DNA from: Planctomycetota bacterium
GTDB taxonomy: Bacteria > Planctomycetota > UBA11346
DNA: 64,000 bases
NCBI GenBank assembly: GCA_038231435.1
Contig: JBBRLJ010000011.1
Span: 32,001 to 96,000 of the forward strand
Reading direction: 5' to 3'
Within the stretch, counting starts at the first letter, position 1. Every line of letters begins with the position of its first letter. The notes under the pieces are model-generated. The model ran no database searches. It saw only the letters and a list, made by a program, of their open reading frames with translations, and was not told the DNA's origin. Positions 18,264 to 26,025 of the stretch are shown piece by piece. The translations under genes were made by a program, and so were the position numbers.

Positions 18264-19205
18264 TCAGCCCCGCGTCAGGCGCGCCGCCAGCAGGATCGCC
18301 TGGACCAGCGACCGGTGCTCCGCTTCGCCACGCCAGGCGATGTCGAAGGCGGTGCCATGGTCGACCGAGGTGCGTACGATCGGCAGGCCAAGCGTGACGT
18401 TGACGCCGTCATCGAAGGCCAATGCCTTGAACGGAATCAGGCCCTGATCGTGATAAAGGCATACCCAGCCGTCGAAGCGCTCGCGATTCTTGGGCGTGAA
18501 CGCGGTGTCTGGCGGTAGCGGCCCCTCGACATCGATGCCCAGCTGCAGGAGCTCGGCCACCGCCGGCACCACCGCCTCGTCCTCGTGGCCGAACAACCCG
18601 CCCTCGCCAGCGTGCGGATTGAAGCCGCAGATCGCCAGCCTCGCCGGCTTTCCGCGCAGACGCGACAGCGACGCATGGAACGAGCGCGCGGTGGCGACGA
18701 TGCGCGCCGGCGTGAGTTCAGCAGGAACGCTCGCGAGCGACTGATGGCAGGTGACCAGCGCCACCGCGATGCTGGGGTGGTACATCATCATGGTCTCGCC
18801 GCGCACGCCGCAGCGCGCCGCCAGCCATTCGGTATGCCCGGGAAACGGGATGCCCGCCGCAGCGATCGCGGCCTTGTTGATCGGACACGTGACCATCGCC
18901 GCGAAGCGCCCGTCGAGACAACCGGCGATCGCGGACTCGATGCACGCACCCGCCGCAGCACCGCAGCGCGCATCGATGCGGCCCGGCACGACCCCCTCGG
19001 CGGAGAATCCCGGCATCGCCGGTTCGACCACCTCGCGCGGCAGCCGCCGGCCGAGCTTATCCGCGACCCTGTCCAGGAGTCCGCGGTGGGCTATGAGGAT
19101 CGGCTGGCAGATGGCGAGCACCGCCGGATCAGCGCACGCGGCCAGCGCGACTTCGGGACCGATGCCGGCGGGGTCCCCCATGGTGATGGCGATGGCTGGG
19201 AGCAT
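18264..19205 (-). CDS. pdxA: 4-hydroxythreonine-4-phosphate dehydrogenase (PdxA family)
   Basis: ITMGDPAGIGPE, FPGHTE, NPHAGEGG, YHDQGLIP, NVTLGLPIVRTSVDHGTAFDIA. Confidence 0.93.
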   Translation of the reverse strand: MLPAIAITMGDPAGIGPEVALAACADPAVLAICQPILIAHRGLLDRVADKLGRRLPREVVEPAMPGFSAEGVVPGRIDARCGAAAGACIESAIAGCLDGRFAAMVTCPINKAAIAAAGIPFPGHTEWLAARCGVRGETMMMYHPSIAVALVTCHQSLASVPAELTPARIVATARSFHASLSRLRGKPARLAICGFNPHAGEGGLFGHEDEAVVPAVAELLQLGIDVEGPLPPDTAFTPKNRERFDGWVCLYHDQGLIPFKALAFDDGVNVTLGLPIVRTSVDHGTAFDIAWRGEAEHRSLVQAILLAARLTRG

Positions 19206-19385
19206 GGGCGCATGCTCCGCATCCTCCCTCCGTATCAACGACTTCACCTGGACGGAAGGCAATGCCCATGCTCACCCTGCTTCTTGCTTCCCGGGGGGCA
19301 GCGCGGAGCGCGATGATGGAGGGATCGCAAAGCGATCTCGAATGCCCTTCGGAGCATCCGCCGGCCAGAGGCAATAGCCCCCCAA

Positions 19386-20147
19386 CTAATACGTGGCGCG
19401 ACCGCCCGACAGATCAAACGTGAACCCGGTATTGAAGCTCGCCTCGGGCGAGACGATCCAGCACGACAACGCCGCGACCTCGTCGAGCGTTCCGGTGCGC
19501 TTCATGGGGATCTTGTCGGTCATGTAGGTGACCTGGCGCGGATCGAGGTTGTCGACCATGGCGGTGCGGATCACCGCCGGCGCGATGCCGTTCACAGTGA
19601 TACCACTCTCGGCGAATTCCTTGCCCACCGATTTGACCAGGCCGATCACTCCAGCCTTGCTGGCGGAGTACGGGCACATCCCGGCGTTCCCCTCCTTGCC
19701 GGCAATCGAGGCGAACAGCAGCACGCGGCCGTAATTGCGCGGGCGCATCAACGCGAGCGCGTGCTTGGTCACCAGGAAACTGCTGCGCAGGTTGATGCGG
19801 ATCACGCGGTCGAATTCCTCGACCGTCACGTCGGTTATGGTCTTGGCATTCGGTCCGGCGATCCCGGCGCAGTGGACCATGATGTCCAACCGCTGTCCGT
19901 GGCGCTCGGCAGCCTCGGCGATGCCAGCGCGCACCGCGGCATCGTCGCCAACGTCGACCACCGTGCCGCTCGCGCGCGCGCCCGACTTGACGAGCTCGGC
20001 GACGGCGGTGTCGATCGCAGCGCGGTCGACGTCCCACAGCACCACCGCCGCGCCCTCGCGCGCGAGGCGCGCCGCGACGTGGCGACCGATGCCGGCCGCG
20101 CCTCCGGTGATGATGGCGATCTGGCCGGTGAATCGCGTGTCGGTCAT
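19386..20147 (-). CDS. SDR oxidoreductase, 2-keto-3-deoxy-L-rhamnonate dehydrogenase (LRA5)-like
   Basis: TGGAAGIG, SIAGKEGN..M.PYSASKAGVIGL, C-terminal FDLSGGRATY; ATGA overlap with the FAH gene. Confidence 0.85.
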   Translation of the reverse strand: MTDTRFTGQIAIITGGAAGIGRHVAARLAREGAAVVLWDVDRAAIDTAVAELVKSGARASGTVVDVGDDAAVRAGIAEAAERHGQRLDIMVHCAGIAGPNAKTITDVTVEEFDRVIRINLRSSFLVTKHALALMRPRNYGRVLLFASIAGKEGNAGMCPYSASKAGVIGLVKSVGKEFAESGITVNGIAPAVIRTAMVDNLDPRQVTYMTDKIPMKRTGTLDEVAALSCWIVSPEASFNTGFTFDLSGGRATY

Positions 20148-20998
20148 GCGTCCTCGCAGGTCTGCTTCTGGGTTCCGAGGCCCTCGATGGAGAGTTCCAT
20201 CACGTCCCCCTTCTTCAAATAGCGCGGCACCGGCTTCATGCCCATGCCCACCCCCGGAGGCGTGCCGGTCGAGATCAGGTCGCCCGCCTCGAGTGTCATG
20301 AACTGCGACAGGTAGTGCACGATGGTGAAGACGTCGAAGACCATGGTGCTGGTGTTGCCGGTCTGGCGGCGCTCGCCGTTGACGTCCAGGCGCATGGGTA
20401 GCCTGGTCGGGTCGATGCCGTCCGCGGTGGCCAGCCAGGGACCGAGCGGATTGAAGGTGTCGCAGGACTTGCCCTTGGTCCATTGGCCGCCGCGCTCGAG
20501 CTGGAAGGCGCGCTCGGAGATGTCGTTGGACACGCAGTAGCCGGCGATGGCGCTACGCGCGTCATCCACCGTCGCGAGGTAGCGCGTATCCGCGCCGATG
20601 ACCACGCCAAGTTCGACTTCCCAATCGGTCTTCAGCCCGCCGCGCGGGATCTTCACCATGTCGTATGGGCCGACCACGGTGTTCGCCGCCTTCATGAACA
20701 CGATCGGCTCCGTCGGCACCGGCTGACCGGATTCCGCGGCATGGTCGCGATAATTCAGACCGATGCAGATGACCTTGCCCGGACGCGCCACGCAGCTGCC
20801 CCAGCGCGCGCCGGCCGGCACGCCCGGCAGCGCGGGCCCGTTCGAGCGCAGCAGGTCGCGCAGCTTGGACAGACCGCCCGTTTTGAAGAAAGCGCCGTTC
20901 CAGTCGGCGAAGTGGGCGGAGCAATCCTTGCGTTCGCCCCCATCGAGGATCACCCCGGGCTGCTCGCGGCCAGGGTCTCCGAAGCGGATCAGTTTCAC
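20144..20998 (-). CDS. Fumarylacetoacetate hydrolase family protein (LRA6-like diketo acid hydrolase)
   Basis: GAGGAG RBS then GTG start; MKLIRFG, CIGLNYRDHA, DWEVELGVVIG, NDISER, KGKSCDTFNPLGP, GDLISTGTPPGVG. Confidence 0.93.
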   Translation of the reverse strand: MKLIRFGDPGREQPGVILDGGERKDCSAHFADWNGAFFKTGGLSKLRDLLRSNGPALPGVPAGARWGSCVARPGKVICIGLNYRDHAAESGQPVPTEPIVFMKAANTVVGPYDMVKIPRGGLKTDWEVELGVVIGADTRYLATVDDARSAIAGYCVSNDISERAFQLERGGQWTKGKSCDTFNPLGPWLATADGIDPTRLPMRLDVNGERRQTGNTSTMVFDVFTIVHYLSQFMTLEAGDLISTGTPPGVGMGMKPVPRYLKKGDVMELSIEGLGTQKQTCEDA

Positions 20999-21049
20999 GG
21001 CAGCTCCTCGCGAAAGACGGCGTCCAGGCTTTGCGATTGCACCTTGGTA

Positions 21050-21063
21050 TTTTATTAATAAAA
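21050..21063. promoter_or_regulatory. Perfect 14-bp palindrome TTTTATTAATAAAA in a divergent promoter; candidate GntR operator
   Basis: Pure A/T palindrome within the 72-bp gap between the FAH and GntR genes, in otherwise GC-rich DNA. Confidence 0.65.
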
Positions 21064-21070
21064 AGCAATA

Positions 21071-22033
21071 GTGAGCCCACCGCGCCGCACCACCCCCCCC
21101 GCCGCGACGAGGTCCGTGAGCCCGCTGGTGAAGCAGACGGTCAATGGGATGCTGGCGTCGTTCGCCCACAGCCGACAGGTCCCCCGGCGCATTCCGGCGG
21201 AGGCCGAGCTCGCCGCAGCCCTCGGCGTCAGCCGCTCCACGGTGCGCGAGGCGGTGCGCATCCTGGTAGCGAGCGGGCTGCTGCGCCGCGAAGGCTCGGC
21301 CACGCTGCTCGCCCGCGCGCCCGCACGCCCCGATCGCCTCGAGGTCACGCGCGGTCCGGCGAGCAAGTCGGAGGCCTTCGACGCCTTCTTCCTGCGCAAG
21401 CTCCACCGCCGCGAGCTCGCTCCCGGAGTCCGTTTCAGCGAGCTCGAGCTCGCGCGCGCGGCGCGCTTGAACACCATCACGGTGCGCGAAGGCCTGCTGC
21501 GTTTCGCGCGTTCCGGCCTCATCCACAAGGAGCCGCGCCGGCAGTGGGCGGTAGTGGCCTTCGACGAGGCGATGATCGACGAGCTCTTCGATCTGCGCGT
21601 GCTGCTCGAGCAGGCGGCGCTGGCCAAGGCGCTCGCCCTGCCAGACGCGCATCCGCTGCGCGCCGAGTTCCAGCGCGTCCTCGACGACCATCGGCGCTTC
21701 GCGCGCTCGGCGTCCAGGCGGGTCGAGGACTTCCTGGTCCTCGACGAGCGCTTCCACGGCGCCTTGTTCAAGGCCGCCGCCAACCGCTATCTCGACGAGA
21801 TGTTCTCGACGGTATCGCTGCTCATCCATTTCCAGCTCCACCACGACGACGTCGGCAGGCGCGGCATGGATCTCGGCCTGGCCGGTCACCCGCCGGTGCT
21901 CGAGGCGATCCTGGCCCGCAACGCTGCACGCGCACGCGCGGCGCTCGACGCCCACCTCGCCAGCGCGCGCATGATCATGAAGCTCGCCGCCGGCGTGGCC
22001 CAGCTCCCCGGCGCCGCGACCGCCTCGACCTGA
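21071..22033 (+). CDS. GntR-family regulator with two tandem wHTH domains and FCD domain (LgoR/YjjM-like)
   Basis: HTH1 'PAEAELAAALGVSRSTVREAV', HTH2 'FSELELARAARLNTITVREGL', FCD 'DERFH...AANRYL...H..VLEAI'. Confidence 0.9.
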   Translation: MSPPRRTTPPAATRSVSPLVKQTVNGMLASFAHSRQVPRRIPAEAELAAALGVSRSTVREAVRILVASGLLRREGSATLLARAPARPDRLEVTRGPASKSEAFDAFFLRKLHRRELAPGVRFSELELARAARLNTITVREGLLRFARSGLIHKEPRRQWAVVAFDEAMIDELFDLRVLLEQAALAKALALPDAHPLRAEFQRVLDDHRRFARSASRRVEDFLVLDERFHGALFKAAANRYLDEMFSTVSLLIHFQLHHDDVGRRGMDLGLAGHPPVLEAILARNAARARAALDAHLASARMIMKLAAGVAQLPGAATAST

Positions 22034-22065
22034 CCTCCTCATCACCAATCCGCACAGGACACCCC

Positions 22066-23283
22066 ATGCCAAAAGCCATGAAGATCACCGAGATCGAGAC
22101 CTACATCGCCGGAAACCCGTGGAAGAACTGGATGTTCGTGCGTGTGTTGACCGACTCCGGCCTGCACGGCGTCGGCGAAGGCACCCTCAACGGCTTCGCG
22201 CGCACCACCGAGGCGGCGGTGCACGAGATGAAGCACCTGGTGATCGGGCGGAATCCGTTCGACATCGATCCGATCGTGCTGTCGCTGACGCGCGACCTGT
22301 ACTCCGACGGCGGCCAGATCCAGCGCTGCGCCACGGCGGCGATCGAGATGGCCTGCCTCGACATCAAGGGCAAGGCGCTCGACGTGCCGGTGCACCAGCT
22401 GCTCGGCGGCAAGGTGCGCGACCGTATCCGCGCCTACGCCAACGGTTGGTACCGCTGCGACCGCGTGCCCGCGGAATTCGCCGCGGCGGCGAAGAAGGTG
22501 GTGCGCGACGGCTTCACCGCGCTCAAGTTCGACCCGTTCGGCACCGCGCACCTGCACATGTCGAAGGAGGACGAGAACCTCTCGATCGCCATCATCGCCG
22601 CCGTGCGCGCTGCGGTCGGGCCCAAGGTCGAGCTGATGATCGAGGGCCACTGCCGCTTCACCGTCGGCCAGGCGATCTCGATCGGCACCAAGCTCGCTCC
22701 CTTCGACATCACGTGGTTCGAGGAGCCCTGCCCGCACCACCGCATCGCCGACACCATCGAAGTCGCGCGGCGGGTGCCGGTGCCAGTATCCAGCGGCGAA
22801 TCGCTTTCGAGCAAGCAGCACTTCGCCGAACTCATCGCGCATGGCGCGATCGCCGTCTACCAACCCGAGATCATGGTGCTCGGTGGCATCACCCAGGCCC
22901 GCCAGGTGTGCGCGATGGCCGAGGCCGCGAACGCGGTGGTGGCGCCGCACAACGCCCAGGGCCCGATCAGCACCATCGCCTGCCTGCACCTGGCGGCATC
23001 GTGCACCAACTACCTGATCCAGGAATACTTCGACATCTACAACGTCGAGTGGGAGAAGGAGCTGGTCACCTGGCAGCCGACGCTGGACCGCGATGGCTGC
23101 CTCGACATCCCCACCGCGCCGGGCCTCGGCTGCGATCTGGACCTGAAGGTGGTGAAGGCGCATCCATACCACGAAGGCAACTACCTGCCGCTGTTCAAGG
23201 ACGCCTGGAACCTGCGCGAGGGCGACACCCAGACCAAGACCCGCGCGGCAGCGGCGAGCGGCAAGCGGCGCGGAGCGCGTTGA
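22066..23283 (+). CDS. Mandelate racemase/enolase-superfamily sugar-acid dehydratase (galactonate dehydratase-like)
   Basis: MKITEIETY, DIKGKALDVPVHQLLGG, KFDPFG, IEGH.RF, WFEEP, GE, APHN. Confidence 0.9.
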   Translation: MPKAMKITEIETYIAGNPWKNWMFVRVLTDSGLHGVGEGTLNGFARTTEAAVHEMKHLVIGRNPFDIDPIVLSLTRDLYSDGGQIQRCATAAIEMACLDIKGKALDVPVHQLLGGKVRDRIRAYANGWYRCDRVPAEFAAAAKKVVRDGFTALKFDPFGTAHLHMSKEDENLSIAIIAAVRAAVGPKVELMIEGHCRFTVGQAISIGTKLAPFDITWFEEPCPHHRIADTIEVARRVPVPVSSGESLSSKQHFAELIAHGAIAVYQPEIMVLGGITQARQVCAMAEAANAVVAPHNAQGPISTIACLHLAASCTNYLIQEYFDIYNVEWEKELVTWQPTLDRDGCLDIPTAPGLGCDLDLKVVKAHPYHEGNYLPLFKDAWNLREGDTQTKTRAAAASGKRRGAR

Positions 23284-24026
23284 TGCGGCTCCCCGACCTC
23301 GAGGGCCGCCGTGCGCTCGTCACCGGCACCTCGGGTGGCATCGGCAAGGCGGTGGCGCGGGCTCTGCTCGCGCAGGGCTGCTCGGTCCATGGCTTGGACA
23401 TCGGTCCCGATCCATCGGATCTCGGCGCCGGCTACACCCACCACCGCTGCGATCTCAGCGACGCCGCGGCGTTGCGCGCGGCGGCCAGCGCCGCGTGCGG
23501 TGACAGCGCGCTCGACCATCTGGTGAACGTGGCCGGCATCGACCCCCTGCACAGTCTCGCCGAGGGCGGCGAGCGCGAATGGGACCGCGTGCTCGATCTC
23601 GATCTCAAGGCCTACTACCTGCTCATCCACCACTGCCTGGAGCCGCTGAAACGCGGCGCCGGCAAAAGCATCGTCAACGTCTCGTCGATCAACTACCGCC
23701 TCGGCGTGCCCAAGCGCTCGATCTACGCGGCTGCGAAAGCCGGCATCCTCGGCTTGACCCGCGGCCTCGCCCGCGAACTCGGCGCCGATGGCATCCGCAT
23801 CAACACCGTGTCTCCAGGCTGGGTGTTCACCGAGCGCCAACGCGACGAGCACTTCTCTGGCGCCGCCGGCGTCGAGAAGCTCGCCTACCTGCACCGCGTG
23901 CAATCGCTTGCGCTGCACATCGAGCCCGTCGACATCGCCACCCACATCCTCTTCTACCTGTCCTCAGCCAGCCGCGCCTCCACCGGACACAACTGCGTGG
24001 TGGATGCCGGCTGGCTGCTGGAGTGA
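23283..24026 (+). CDS. SDR oxidoreductase, probable aldose 1-dehydrogenase
   Basis: TGTSGGIG, YAAAK, INTVSPGWVFTERQ; TGATG coupling to the enolase-family gene. Confidence 0.85.
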   Translation: MRLPDLEGRRALVTGTSGGIGKAVARALLAQGCSVHGLDIGPDPSDLGAGYTHHRCDLSDAAALRAAASAACGDSALDHLVNVAGIDPLHSLAEGGEREWDRVLDLDLKAYYLLIHHCLEPLKRGAGKSIVNVSSINYRLGVPKRSIYAAAKAGILGLTRGLARELGADGIRINTVSPGWVFTERQRDEHFSGAAGVEKLAYLHRVQSLALHIEPVDIATHILFYLSSASRASTGHNCVVDAGWLLE

Positions 24027-24130
24027 CGTCCTATCATCGTCAACCTGGGCCTGAGCGCCCCGCGATGGGCGGTCGGCGGATGCGATGGACGAAGCCCCTC
24101 ACCCGACGATGACGCCAGCTTGGCCACATC

Positions 24131-24187
24131 GAGCCCCACAACGATGTGGGGGCTGATGGCCTCAGAGGCTTCGCCCCTGAGGCCATC
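24131..24187. terminator. Double GC-rich hairpin between convergent genes (probable bidirectional terminator)
   Basis: AGCCCCACA..TGTGGGGGCT and GATGGCCTCAG..CTGAGGCCATC stems. Confidence 0.5.
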
Positions 24188-24410
24188 AGCTCAAGGCGCG
24201 AACCAGGGCCAGATCGACGGTTCCGTGTAAGAAGCCGACCACCAGCAGGGCGATGGCGGCGAGCATGACGAGGCTCGCCGCGAGACCGGGGATGGGGCGG
24301 CCGTGGAGCTCGATGCCAGGCACCACGGCGGCGCTGCGCGTGGAAGGGATGGCCTGGCGTCGCGACGACGGCATGCGCTGGAAAGGATGGCTAGGGACGT
24401 ACACGTACAT
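24186..24410 (-). CDS. Small protein with C-terminal transmembrane helix
   Basis: GGAGG RBS upstream of ATG 24410; hydrophobic 'LAASLVMLAAIALLVVGFL'. Confidence 0.6.
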   Translation of the reverse strand: MYVYVPSHPFQRMPSSRRQAIPSTRSAAVVPGIELHGRPIPGLAASLVMLAAIALLVVGFLHGTVDLALVRALS

Positions 24411-24527
24411 GGCGATCGCCTCCATTCGGACCTGTTGAACCGTGTCGCTCATACTCGGCGACCATCCACCTACGATGTAGATGTTATGGAGGAAATACCG
24501 TTTTTCGCGTAATTTAGGACAAACTCG

Positions 24528-25037
24528 CTACAGCAGTGGTATTCGATCGATCGTGACCAAGCCGGCGAAGCGCGATTCGCACAGTGGCACGCGAGGTCGT
24601 CTGCGCCACGTTCCCAGATCCGTCGGGGTGAGGTCGTGGACCCAGATGTCGGCGACGCCATCCGCTCCCGGCTTCGCGGTCGCGACCAGGGCGCGCAGCG
24701 CGGCGCGGTCCATACAGCGCGTTCGCCCCCCGCTCTCGACCACCAACGGCGGAGCGTTGACCAGACGCAGCGAGTGGCGCTCCTCGAAAGCGAGCAGCAG
24801 ACGCGACAGCTTGTCGTGGCTGCACCCTGACAGGGTCTCGGCACCCTGCCAGGCGAGAGCGACGATCGAGCCGTCGGCGGCGAGTTCGCTGCCCCAACGG
24901 GTGACGCGTCCCTCGCGCTCGAACTGCGTGAAGAGCTTGGCTAGGGCATCGGCCAGCGTCGTCCATTCGTCGGTCCCCAGCGGGGGATCGCACGCGATCA
25001 GGCGCATGGCACAGGCATCGTCGAGACCATCGAACAT
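24528..25037 (-). CDS. Conserved-type hypothetical protein with SGCSxDK motif
   Basis: MFDGLDDACAMRLIAC...LSGCSHDKLSR; resembles, from memory, an uncharacterised family with an SGCSID motif. Confidence 0.65.
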   Translation of the reverse strand: MFDGLDDACAMRLIACDPPLGTDEWTTLADALAKLFTQFEREGRVTRWGSELAADGSIVALAWQGAETLSGCSHDKLSRLLLAFEERHSLRLVNAPPLVVESGGRTRCMDRAALRALVATAKPGADGVADIWVHDLTPTDLGTWRRRPRVPLCESRFAGLVTIDRIPLL

Positions 25038-25150
25038 GCGCGCATGGTAGCGTCGTCCCACGGGCGCGCAGCGGCCTTGCCAGGGAAACAGCAGTCCAGG
25101 GAAGCGGTCAGCGCGCTGGGAATCCTCGCTCGCGTCGAGAGACTGCCCCC

Positions 25151-25915
25151 ATGCGCGGAACCTTCTGGCCCATCCAGGGCCTCGGCACCTTCCTGAAGTA
25201 CCCGGCGCTGTGGCGGCGTCCGCTCGCCGCGCTGCTGGTCGGATGGGTGGCGCTGATCTGCGCCGGCGGCGGCGTGGCCTGGTGGTGGTGGCCGACCGGT
25301 CCGGCGAACTGGTGGCCCTGGCCGATGCACCTGTTCCTGGCCGTAGGGCTGGGCGTGGCCGCCACCTTGCTGGCGTGGATCCTGATCCTGCCCCTGGTGA
25401 TGAGCTTCGCGCTCGAGCACCTGGCGCGCGAGATCCAACGCCGTGCCGGTGCCCAGCCGGCAAAGGATGAATCAATGCTCTCGGCACTGGGCTCGAGCCT
25501 CGGTCTCACCATCCGCACCCTGCCCCTGCGGCTCGGTTGGACAGGAGTGGCGCTGCTGTCGTCGTTCTTCGGTCCGCTCGGACTGCTGGTGGGTGCGTTC
25601 GGCATGGCTCACCTCGCCTGCATCGACGCCTTCGACCTCGCGCTCGCGGTGCGCGGCCTGTCCGGGCCGCGCCGGCGTGAGGCGATGCGCGCGCACCGCG
25701 AGGAGATCATTCAGGGCGCGATGGCCGGGGCGGTGATGAACCTCGGGCTCGGGGTCACCGTCCTCGGCTGGATCCTGTGGCTGCCGGCCCTGGTCTCGGG
25801 CGCGGCGACGCGGGTGCTGTCGTGGCCCGAGACCGCCATGTCCGCGACGATCGAGGCCGGTCACCTGGATCCGTCCGTGGCCCCTCCCGCTCCGTCGTCG
25901 CTGCCAGCACCCTAG
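25151..25915 (+). CDS. EI24/CysZ-like multi-pass membrane protein
   Basis: Several TM segments; 'GLGTFLKYPALWR..L' N-terminus and 'LEHLAREIQRR' pattern typical of EI24/CysZ. Confidence 0.65.
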   Translation: MRGTFWPIQGLGTFLKYPALWRRPLAALLVGWVALICAGGGVAWWWWPTGPANWWPWPMHLFLAVGLGVAATLLAWILILPLVMSFALEHLAREIQRRAGAQPAKDESMLSALGSSLGLTIRTLPLRLGWTGVALLSSFFGPLGLLVGAFGMAHLACIDAFDLALAVRGLSGPRRREAMRAHREEIIQGAMAGAVMNLGLGVTVLGWILWLPALVSGAATRVLSWPETAMSATIEAGHLDPSVAPPAPSSLPAP

Positions 25916-26025
25916 CTCAGGTCTGCGCGGCGCTCGACCTGCGCATCCGAGCGATATCCTCCGTCCATGACTCACGGCGCGACTACCGCATCGATGTCCG
26001 CACGCCAGCCTGCGTGGTCGCCCGC

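Noticed and set aside
19386..22072. Extended ORFs 19386-20483 and 20144-22072
   Set aside because: The upstream extensions overlap the FAH gene or the opposite-strand GntR; family motifs begin at 20147 and 20998.
21031..23283. 750-aa ORF suggesting a regulator-enolase fusion
   Set aside because: The N-terminal 345 aa are an off-frame read-through over the GntR gene; the real dehydratase starts at ATG 22066 after an AGGA RBS.
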